From a virus, in the IMG/VR virus record IMGVR_UViG_3300023179_000017, positions 24,711 to 88,710 of that record: DNA of 64,000 nucleotides. One strand, given 5' to 3'. The position numbers were made by a program, and so were the translations under genes. Numbering within the stretch: position 1 is the stretch's first letter; the number at the start of each line of letters is the position of its first letter. Under the pieces are notes generated by a model. The model was given only the letters and a program-made list of their open reading frames with translations. It had not been told where the DNA came from and did no database searches. Of the stretch, positions 36,314 through 46,300 are shown piece after piece.

Positions 36314-38238
36314 TGGCAGATTTACTGACAGGGAGCGAAGGCGCGCTTGATCCGAGTTTATCTATCGGCAGCAGCATGGTCGGTCAAAGATATCCGAACC
36401 AGTTCTTTGACTTGGCTCAACAGTACATGCCCCCAACGATTAAAGAGCTTTTTCGTTGGTGTACCTTTTACTATTACAACTCTCCGCTTATCGGAAGCAC
36501 GATTAGTAAAATCAGCAGATATCCAATTACAGACCTCATTTTTGAATCCCACTTAGAGAGTACTAGACACCTTTGGGATAAAATCTTTAATCATGAACTA
36601 AAGATTAAAAACCAGCTCATGGAAATAAACCTTGATTACCACGCTTATGGAAATGCTTTTGTTTCAGTTCACCTTCCCTTCACAAGATTTCTTATTTGTA
36701 AAAGCTGTAAATCCAGAGAGACCATCCAAAACGCCGACTGGTCTTTTAATACTTCAGCCTATGACTTTAATCTGAATTGCTCCAAATGCGGTACCAACGC
36801 AGCAGCCGAAGTAAAAGACGTTCCCTACAAAGACCGAAAAGGGATTCGTATCATTCGTTGGAACCCAGAAAATATTCAAGTTAAATACAACGAGTACACC
36901 GGAAAAAGAATCTACATGTACTCGATTCCTTACCGACTTAAAAACGCTATCCAAAGAGGCGACAAAGACATCGTAGAAGATGTGCCTCTTATTGTTCTTC
37001 AAGCGCTAAAAAGCCGAAGGCTCATTAGGTTTAACAGCGACAACTTCATGCACCTAAGAAGACCCTCTCTGGCAGAACAAGACCAGGGTTGGGGTAAGCC
37101 GCTTATTATCCATGTCCTAAAAGACATGTACTACCTCTACACTTTAAGAAGAGCGCAAGAAGCTATCGCCATGGAACACATTGTTCCGTTCGATATCATC
37201 TACCCTCTTCCTAACGCCCAACAAGACCCCTACCTGCACTTAGACCTTGCAAACTGGAGGGTTCAGATTGAGGGGATCATCCGAAAGCACAGGCGTGATC
37301 CAAACTTCAAAGGCGTTATTCCGATTCCTGTTGGCTTTGGACGGCTTGGCGGCGATGGCAAGGCTATGCTCCTTACCCCAGAGCTTAACTACTTAACACA
37401 GACCATTGTGGGCGGTATGGGGATTCCTCAGGAGTTCCTATTTGGGGGACTTAACTGGACTGGCAGTAGCATCAGCTTACGCACCCTTGAAAACGACTTT
37501 ATTCAAAACAGATCCCAACTTTTAGATTTCGTAAACTGGATTAAAAATAAAATTCGAGTCTGGCAAAACTTACCTGATTTAGAAGAAATAAGATTTGCTG
37601 ACTTTAGAATGGCTGATGACGTTCAAAGAAACCAGCAACTCATTGGACTAAATGCTTCTTTCAAAGTCTCAGACCAAACACTTCTGACTGAACTTGGGTT
37701 TGATTACGACCAAGAGATTAAAAAGATGGTCGAAGAGGTTTACTTACAAAACTACTTAAATGACATGAGAGCGAAAGCTTCAGCACGAAGCCAAGGCGAG
37801 TCTCAGCTCATTCAGTACAACTATCAAAACAAGATTCAGGAGCTAGCTCAAAAGGCTCAAGAAAAAGTTCAGCAGACGATGCCACAGATGGATCAAATGG
37901 AACAGCAAGCACCACAAGGATGGCAGCAAGCCATGCCAGAAGCGCTCCCTCAACAGGGAGACCCTTCTACTCAAGGAGTCGAGCAAGATATCAAAGTAAG
38001 AGTGCGAAGATGGGCTAACAAGTTAATGAACTTTGCTCCCACAGAAGCTAGAACCGCCATCAATGAATTAAAATCTAAGATGCCAGATATCGGAAGCGCT
38101 GTAGAACAAGAATACAACGCCCTAACAGCTGCTGAAACCCAAGGCGGTGGAAAAAGCATGGACAACGCTAAAAGCGTAATGCCAAACATGGCACCCTTAC
38201 CAGAAAAGGGAGCGCCAACAAGAGCTGGAATGGTCTAG
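36313..38238 (+). CDS. probable portal protein with a CxxC-CxxC insertion
   Basis: YHAYGNAFVS, IRWNPENIQV, FMH...GWGKPLI pattern; size and location typical of portals. Confidence 0.65.
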   Translation: MADLLTGSEGALDPSLSIGSSMVGQRYPNQFFDLAQQYMPPTIKELFRWCTFYYYNSPLIGSTISKISRYPITDLIFESHLESTRHLWDKIFNHELKIKNQLMEINLDYHAYGNAFVSVHLPFTRFLICKSCKSRETIQNADWSFNTSAYDFNLNCSKCGTNAAAEVKDVPYKDRKGIRIIRWNPENIQVKYNEYTGKRIYMYSIPYRLKNAIQRGDKDIVEDVPLIVLQALKSRRLIRFNSDNFMHLRRPSLAEQDQGWGKPLIIHVLKDMYYLYTLRRAQEAIAMEHIVPFDIIYPLPNAQQDPYLHLDLANWRVQIEGIIRKHRRDPNFKGVIPIPVGFGRLGGDGKAMLLTPELNYLTQTIVGGMGIPQEFLFGGLNWTGSSISLRTLENDFIQNRSQLLDFVNWIKNKIRVWQNLPDLEEIRFADFRMADDVQRNQQLIGLNASFKVSDQTLLTELGFDYDQEIKKMVEEVYLQNYLNDMRAKASARSQGESQLIQYNYQNKIQELAQKAQEKVQQTMPQMDQMEQQAPQGWQQAMPEALPQQGDPSTQGVEQDIKVRVRRWANKLMNFAPTEARTAINELKSKMPDIGSAVEQEYNALTAAETQGGGKSMDNAKSVMPNMAPLPEKGAPTRAGMV

Positions 38239-38239
38239 T

Positions 38240-38452
38240 ATGTATGACATACAGCGACATACCCGCAGGTTTAATACGGAAAATACTTTGGACATGCAGT
38301 CGTATGACACTATCCTAAATAACCCTCTGTGCAGTATCATTAGAGAGGCGAGCGAAAAAATAACCGAAAAAGACTTTCAAGACGGCCAAATGGTGAACGT
38401 ACACGAGATGGTCATACTGGTGGTGACATGGGACGAAAAGATTCTTTTATAG
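38240..38452 (+). CDS. hypothetical protein
   Basis: 70 aa directly after the portal gene. Confidence 0.65.
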   Translation: MYDIQRHTRRFNTENTLDMQSYDTILNNPLCSIIREASEKITEKDFQDGQMVNVHEMVILVVTWDEKILL

Positions 38453-38655
38453 CGGGCTTTGAAAAACGCGCTGCTTTTAAGTGGTATGAAAACCTAAAAG
38501 CACAACAAGCAAAGCCCATCTCTAAATTAAAACGTACGCTTGGGTGGGGTGCCATAGGAGGCGCCGCAGGGTTTTACGGTGTTCATAAGCTGACGCAAGA
38601 TCCAGAGGAGAAAATGCTTAGTGACCAACAAAGACAAAATCAGGCAAGACATTAA
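38428..38655 (+). CDS. small FxxGFxKxA protein with a GxxxG helix
   Basis: DSFIAGFEKRAA...LGWGAIGGAAGFYG. Confidence 0.7.
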   Translation: MGRKDSFIAGFEKRAAFKWYENLKAQQAKPISKLKRTLGWGAIGGAAGFYGVHKLTQDPEEKMLSDQQRQNQARH

Positions 38656-39871
38656 GACGTACGAGAAGTATAAGCGTCTTAAAAACTTGGGTAATGTCGG
38701 CCTTGTGGGCAGCTTGGGCGGACTTCCAATCGCGGGTTATAAACAAAACAAACCTGCAGCAGCAGCTCTTTTGGGAACGAGTTTTCTATCCGGATTTGTA
38801 GCTAAAAGATCCGAAAGAGAAGAGCGGGCTGCGCTAAACAGAATTAAAAGATTCTACGATTTAAGAGACACTAACCCCATGTTTAACTTACCGGAGATTT
38901 TGCCTCTTCAAGAAAAGCGAGCCGCCACTGGAATTGTTGGGGCAGCTGCTATGGGGCTGGGGCACGCGTTGGGAATTAATGTTACGCCAGCAGAAGCAGT
39001 GGCAGCGGATTTTTTAGCTACTCCGGCCATGTTAGGTTTGGGTCTCTGGGCCACAAAACAAGGTATTAGAGTGTCCGCTAAAAGACATCTTGGTCAAAAG
39101 TTATCACCACACGGAAAAGCATATGCTCTAAGCATTGCTCCGCTTGGGGGTTTGAAGACTTTGTGGAATAAAAAGGTTGTTGATAGATTTATAAGATATA
39201 AACCTAAGTCCGAAAGGGTTTTAAACGAGATTATTGAAAAACAAAACTTGGGCCAAGAGTTAACCCCACCACAAAAAATACTTTATGGCCTATACAAAAA
39301 ACACCTGGCAGGGGAAAAACTTCCAAAAGAGCAACTAAAAAGGATCGTCCCGTCTTTACCTCAAAAGGCTCTTCAAAAAGTAACAGGCGGCCTTGCGTAC
39401 CTTGCAGACTACCCGTTTCAGTTTTTCGGCCCATTTGCGGAAAGCCAACATATAGCAAAAAACTATGTGGTGCCGGCGCACAAGTTTCTTTCTAAGTATT
39501 CTCCAAAACACGCAGACTTGATGTTGGATGTGATTGGTGGGGGACAAAAAGGAAAAGACGCCATTACAAAACTTAAAATGGATAAGATAGATGTTGATAA
39601 CTTCATCAAAGACTTGGGAAAAATCAGAAGCGTAGGCAAGGCTGCCGAGAATGCGGACAGGGCGGCAGAAGATATTGTTAAAAAATACTTCCTTCCAGAA
39701 AAACTAAAAGATACAAGCCAGAAGATGTTTGATATCAGAAACAGGTCTATCAGTGCTGCAAAGATGACAGGTCTTGGGGTGGGGGCTGGGCTTACTGGCA
39801 GTTTGCTTGGTAGCAGAAAAAAGAAAAACAAACGCGAAGAAGTAGCTTCTCATCTTGCCCTTATGAAATAG
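38621..39871 (+). CDS. basic protein with several Gly-rich hydrophobic helices (putative ejected/internal protein)
   Basis: EKRAA; GLVGSLGG, GIVGAAAMGLG, GLGVGAGLTGSLLG. Confidence 0.65.
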   Translation: MTNKDKIRQDIKTYEKYKRLKNLGNVGLVGSLGGLPIAGYKQNKPAAAALLGTSFLSGFVAKRSEREERAALNRIKRFYDLRDTNPMFNLPEILPLQEKRAATGIVGAAAMGLGHALGINVTPAEAVAADFLATPAMLGLGLWATKQGIRVSAKRHLGQKLSPHGKAYALSIAPLGGLKTLWNKKVVDRFIRYKPKSERVLNEIIEKQNLGQELTPPQKILYGLYKKHLAGEKLPKEQLKRIVPSLPQKALQKVTGGLAYLADYPFQFFGPFAESQHIAKNYVVPAHKFLSKYSPKHADLMLDVIGGGQKGKDAITKLKMDKIDVDNFIKDLGKIRSVGKAAENADRAAEDIVKKYFLPEKLKDTSQKMFDIRNRSISAAKMTGLGVGAGLTGSLLGSRKKKNKREEVASHLALMK

Positions 39872-39912
39872 CTAAAAAAAAGAGAGCCGGTACAGCACTC
39901 TCTTTTTGTCCT

Positions 39913-40263
39913 TTATCTGAACCCTGGAAACCTCGAATCTCCAGAGGAATAGGTTGGATTGTTGGTGAAAGAAGAGCTTGGGGAAAACCCACCACCAAAC
40001 GCTTTACTAGCCGTTTGGTTTGGCTCTGCTTCCATGCCTGATAGGATATCTTTATTCTGACGCTTGCGGCCATGAAATAATAATGTCCCTCCGGCTGCCA
40101 TCATAATGGCGGCAAACATCTGGTTTACGAAATCTTTCACAACTTGCTTCCAGAATTCGCAAGTTACGAGTTGACCGAATATTTCTCTTAATACCCTCCC
40201 TGTATTAGCAAGAAATTTGTTTTCCTTCTTTACTGTCACTGCGTCATTAGTGCCGTGTTCCAT
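39913..40263 (-). CDS. hypothetical protein
   Basis: strong SD GGAGGGGAG; divergent from the RNAP gene. Confidence 0.7.
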   Translation of the reverse strand: MEHGTNDAVTVKKENKFLANTGRVLREIFGQLVTCEFWKQVVKDFVNQMFAAIMMAAGGTLLFHGRKRQNKDILSGMEAEPNQTASKAFGGGFSPSSSFTNNPTYSSGDSRFPGFR

Positions 40264-40391
40264 TCTCCCCTCCCATGGTTAGTTGTGGTAGACTTTTAGA
40301 GATGATTTTAAGTAGTATTTGTATTGCTATTTCTGGTAGCTCTAGCATAGCGTTCCTTTGTTAGAGTTTCTAAAAACCTTATACCAACTAA

Positions 40392-43300
40392 ATGAGATTA
40401 TTTGATTCAAAGCAGGAGTTCGAAGCGATAAAAAAATCTGCTACAGAAGCAGTGCAAAGTGTATTCCCCATCGAAGGAAAAAATAGAATCATAAAACTCG
40501 ACGGCGTTTCCATCGACGACAACTTAAGAATAGACGATTACAAAAGCCAAGCAGAAATGAAATCAAAACAAGGGACTTGGGGCGTTCCGGTATATGCAAG
40601 CCTGTCCTTGATTGATAAAGCGAGCGGCAGAGTCATCAACAAAAATAATAAGGTTCGGCTCTTTATCCTGCCTAAAGCCACCGACCGATTCTCCTATATC
40701 GTTGGCGGAAACGAATACCAAGTTAATAACCAGCTGCGTTTAAAGTCTGGGGTCTACACCGTTAAAAAACAAAACGGCGAATTAAAGACCATGGTGAATC
40801 TAGCCCAAGGTAAAAACTTTGACTTGGTGTTCGATGAGAAAAAGGGAACCTTTGCTATTTCTAAAATCGGTGGCGGACAGGCCAACATCCCTCTTTACCC
40901 AATCCTTTCTGATTTAGGCGTCAGTGACCAGGCGATGAGCCAGTCTTGGAGCCCAGAGCTTTTAGCTGCCAATAAAACCTCAGACCCAAGGGTCATGCAA
41001 AGAGCTACCACGGCGTTTGGTTTAAGAGAGGGCTCTCTCAAAGAATACTTTGGAAAGACAAAACTGAACCCCGAAATGACCAAGCTCACCCTTGGCGGCG
41101 AATATGACAAAGTCTCAGGACCCATGCTTTTGTCAGCAGCCAAAAAGCTTTTAGAGGTGCACTTAGGAAAAGAAGAGCCCCAAGACTTAAACTCGCTTGA
41201 GTATAAAGAGCTCCACTCACTAGAAGATTTCATCAAAGAACGACTTGAAAAAAATAAAACAACGCTATCGTTTAAAATTCAACGCAGCATTGATAACCCT
41301 AAAAGAACAACCATCTCTCAAATCGTAAATCCAGAAGCCTTTAATTCCACGATTGAAACTTTCTTCACTCAAGATGATAAGTCCTCAACCCCAGAGCAAA
41401 CCAATCCGCTTGATATGCTCTCAGGCCAATACAAGGCCACCATCATGGGTTCAGGAGGGGTCACAAGCGAGCACGCTGTCACAGACTCCATGCGAGAGAT
41501 TCATCCGACACATTACGGTTTATTAGACCCGATTCACACGCCGGAAAGTAAAAGAATCGGTGCTAACCTTCATTTGCCCCTCGGCGCTGTGAAGGGGGGC
41601 AAAGAGCTTAAAGCCATCTTCACCGACAAAAAAGGCAAGCCAGCCGTTCTATCGCCAACTGAAATTTATAATTCCAAAATAGCATTCCCAGGAGAAAAGG
41701 GAGAAAGGGTAAAGGTCCTCTACAAAGGAAGCCCGATGGTAGTCGATAGAAAAGAAGTCGACTACTTCAGCCCCGCTCCCCAAGCGCTCTTTTCTTGGAG
41801 CACAAACCTAGTTCCTTACCTTCCCTCCAACCAAGGAAACAGGGCCATGATGGCCGCTAAGATGTTAGAGCAAGCAACTTCATTAAAACACCGAGAAGCC
41901 CCCCTTGTTCAAGTCCGGTATGGAAATGAAACCTTGGAAAACCGAATTGGAAAAAGCTCGGCTGTTGTGTCACCGCTCGACGGAGTTGTAACTAAAATCA
42001 CGGACGACGAGATAACTCTCAATACCAAAGAAGGCGCTAAGGTAATCGGTCTTTACAACAACTTTGTTTTAAATAGAAAGAGCTACCTAAAAAACGAAGT
42101 AAAAGTAAAAGTAGGAGAGAAAGTAAAAGCGGGCCAGCTTCTTGCTGACAACAACTTTACGAAAGACGGTACCCTTGCGCTTGGGGTCAACTTAAGAGCT
42201 GCTTACCTTCCCTACAAAGGTCTTAATTTTGAAGACGGGATAGTCATTACAGAAAGTGCTGCTGAGAAGCTCACTAGCACGCACTTACATCGAAAAGAAA
42301 TTTCTACCGATGAAAACACCATTTTAAAGCTAAACGCCTACCGCACCCAGTACCCGAATGTGCTTACTCCTGAGAACTTGCGAAAGCTCGATGAAGACGG
42401 AGTTATTAAAAAAGGCCAAAGAGTAAAAATGGGCGAGGCAGTTATTGCAGCACTTAGAAAAAGAGACCCCTCTAAGATGCTCCAGGTCATAAACAAAAAG
42501 CTCTCTGACAGACCAAAAGATGAAAGCATTTATTGGACGTTTGAAGATGAAGGAGAAGTCATCGACGTACAAAAAGGGTCTAAGGGCGTCACTGTGTTTA
42601 TCAGAACAGAAGAAAAAGCAAAGATTGGGGATAAGCTTGCTGGACGGATGGGGAACAAAGGGATTATCACAAAGATCATCCCAGATAGCGAAGCTCCTCG
42701 TAACAGCAAAGACGAACCAGTAGACATTCTTTTAAACCCACATGGGGTTATCTCTCGTATCAATATCGGACAGATATATGAGTCGGCTGCTGCTAAGGCC
42801 GCCAAAAAACAAAACAGGGTTCATGAGGTCGATAACTTTAGTGGGGAAGACTATTTAGAAACCACCAAAGATTTTGTTAGAAAAGCTAAGGTTGATGACA
42901 AAGAAGAGCTTTTTGATCCAGTGAGTGGAAAGAAACTGGGCAGAGTTCACGTTGGTAACCCCTACATTCTAAAACTCTTTAAACTGTCTCAAGGAAACTT
43001 CTCAGCAAGACAGGGGGGCCCTGGCAACCCTTACGATTTAAACTTGCAGCCTCTTAAAGTAGGCGGAGAAGAGAGCTCTAAGGCGCTCGACCTTCTGACC
43101 ATGTACTCCATGCTTTCTCATGGTGCACGTGCCAACTTAAGAGAGATGACCAATTTAAAAGCAAGCCAAAACGACGAGTTCTGGACGGCCTTGAAATCGG
43201 GTCAGCCGCTTCCTCCACCTAAATCACCTTTCGTATATGACAAATTCTTAGCGTACTTAAAAGGTGCTGGAATCGATGTTAAAAAAGACGGCACTAAACT

Positions 43301-46300
43301 TACGCTTGCCCCATTAACTGACTCTGAAGTGACGTCGGCTAGCTCTGGGGAAGTCGAGAACCCTAACTTCTTCTATGCTAAAAACATGGCCCCTATTAAG
43401 GGTGGGTTTTTAGACCCTGTTAAGTTCGGCGGATTTAAAGGAACTAAATGGGGACACATCGAATTAAAAGAAGCCATCGTCAACCCTGTATTTGAAAACG
43501 CCGTGAAAAAGATAACGGGACTTGGAAGCCAGTTTGAAGAGATCATGGCAGGAAAGCTCTACGTAGATAAGAGCGGAAACCTAAATGCCGAAGGAAAGGG
43601 TGTAACAGGCGGCGCTGCTATTGAAATCCTTTTAAAGAAAATAGATGTGGATGAACAAATCAAAGTGCTCACCCTAAAAGCAAAAACATCTAAAGGTACG
43701 GCGCTTGATGATTTAAATAAAAGAATCCGGTACCTCACAGCCCTTAAAAAGTACGATCTTAAACCAGAAGAAGCCTACTTAAGAAAAAAGGTTCCGGTAG
43801 TGCCCCCTGTCTTTAGACCGATCTACACACTTCCTGACGGTAACACAGCCGCTTCTGATGTGAACTATATTTATCAGAACTTAGCGGTTCTAAATAAAAT
43901 GCAAAACCTTCCTGTGATGGACATGCTGCCTGAAGAAGAAAAGTCCGTTATTAGAAAAGATATCTACCAACACGCAAAGGGCTTAAGCGGAATTACAGAC
44001 CTTAATATCAAAGGCCGAGAGCGTGCCGGCTTTATCTCAGATATCAAAGGCGGCGGAGCCGAAGGTCAGCCCAAAGAAGGTTTCTTTATTAGTAAGCTAC
44101 TTAGTAAACAGCAAGACTTTGCAGGTCGTGGAACCATCATTCCTGAACCAGAACTGGGCGTCGATGAGGTGGCTCTTCCCGAGCAAATGGCATGGAGGCT
44201 ATTTGAACCGTTTGTAATTAAAGAGCTGGGCCGACTCGGTAAAACCCCAAACGCAGCTATGCAGGAAATTGAAAAAAGAACCGAGCTTGCTAAAAAAGCA
44301 CTAGAGATTGTCATGCAACAAAGAAAGGTGCTACTCAACAGAGCGCCTTCTCTGCACAAGTTTTCTATCATGGCGTTTAAACCTAAAACTACTTCTGGTA
44401 CAGCCATTAAAATCCCACCCCTTGTGGTTAAAGGCTTTAACGCAGATTTCGATGGCGACCAGCAATACGACTTTGTTCCTGTAACGCTTTCCAAAGAGTG
44501 TCAGCTTTGTTTTAATGCCGAGTATCTAGAGGAGAGACGGGTGGCAAGCCGATTTAAAGAAACGATACCCTGTCAAACAGATGGAGATGTCTTTTTGTTT
44601 CATCTAGAAGATTTCCCACATGGGGGGCTCGTTGCTTCCAAAAAAGGGGAAAAAGGCCGAATTGATTTTCACGCAGCACTTCCGGGAACAAAAGTCCTAT
44701 CGTATGACGAAAAAACCCAACGAGTAGAATGGAAAGAAATCTCCCACTGGTCAAAGCACTATGACCGAGAAGTTGTTACAGTCAACCTGCAATCAGGCCT
44801 ACAGATATTTACAGACGACGACCCAAGAGCGGTTTACGGGATTGAAAAGGGAACGCTCTCTTTTTCGAGGGCCACTCCAAAAGAAGCCATTGAAAAGGGA
44901 ATGCTTGTTCCACGAGCTTCTATACTTGATCTTGAAGGAGACAAAAAAGAAATCGAAGTCCCACAAAGAGACCGCGGAAACCGTGCGCACCTACTTAATA
45001 AAAGGATCGCACTAGATGGTCTGCTGGGTTACTTCGTAGGAACTGTGGCAGGCGACGGATGGTGCTCAGATGAAAGACAGGTCTACATAGCCGGAATTAC
45101 CGAAGAGATACTTAAAAAAACAGACCAAGCAGTGGCAGCCATTCACAAGACCTCGCCCGCTCGATATACAACAGAAAATCAAAGTTCTTACGGGAAAAGT
45201 AAAAAACACGCCTACTCTAGCGCAGCCTTGTGTGAGCTTATTGAGCCGTGGGTAGGGTCTCAAACCAAGAACAAACACCTTCCCCCCTTCTTTTTGTCCG
45301 CATGTAAAGAGTTTAGAGAGGGTCTTTTTGCTGGGCTTATGGACACAGACGGGAGTATCTCGGTATTCAACGCCAAAGATAAGCCGCAACTTATTTCTAG
45401 TTTTTCAAGCACCAGCTTAAGGCTTGCTCAAGAAGTACAGCTTTTAGCCGCAAGTCTTGGAATTAAAGGAAGGATCAGCGCCAGCAAAACCCCAGCAGAA
45501 AAAGACAGCTGGGTCCTTTCTTTTTCTTCTGCCGACATTAAAAAATGGAACGGCAAAGAAATGGTGCACCCAGAAAAATTAAATAAACTTGCTATAGCCG
45601 AAGTATCCGAAAACAGCGCCGTATCAGCAAAGTATGACGTTATTCCTATTTCTACCTCTCTGGCTGAAACAATAAGAAAAAATTTAGGTGCCCCAAGTGA
45701 CGCCTCTCCAGAACAAAAATCGCTATATGCTGTATTACATAAGGCAGCAGAGACGGGAACTATCAGCCGACAAACAGCAAAGAAACTACCTGGATTTGTT
45801 TTCGTAGATATCTTAAATCACCCAGACGGAAAGACCTGGCTTGCAATTGTAGAAGATACACGCGTTCAGTGGGAATCTGTTGAGTCTATTGATGTCACGG
45901 GAATAAAAGAAACAGGATATGATTTGACGGTCCCGGGATACGAAACATTCATGAATGTGTCCGGGGTTATCCTATCTAACACCATGACGGTACACGTTCC
46001 AATTACAGAGGATGCAAACCAAGAGGCCGAGAAGCTTCTTCCTTCAAGAAATCTTTATCAGCCAGGCACCGGCAAGCTCATGATTACCCCAAGCCAAGAA
46101 GCGCAGATTGGGCTCTACTATCTTTCTAAAACGCCTCAAGGAAGAGCGAGAATTAATCAGATTGTAGGAAAACAAGCCGTGGGCGGGGTTCTTAATAAGA
46201 AGGCTACACAAGAGCTTCTTTTAAAACTAAGCAAAGAATTAAAGTCAAACGAGTTTGGAAGAGTCCTCACCGACCTAAAATCCGAAGGAGAAAAGATAGC

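Noticed and set aside
44460-44600. Alternative intein starts at internal Cys residues (CQLC, CFNAE, CQTDG)
   Set aside because: Splicing there would leave 13 or more extra residues between NADFDGD and TMTVHVP, inside the active site.
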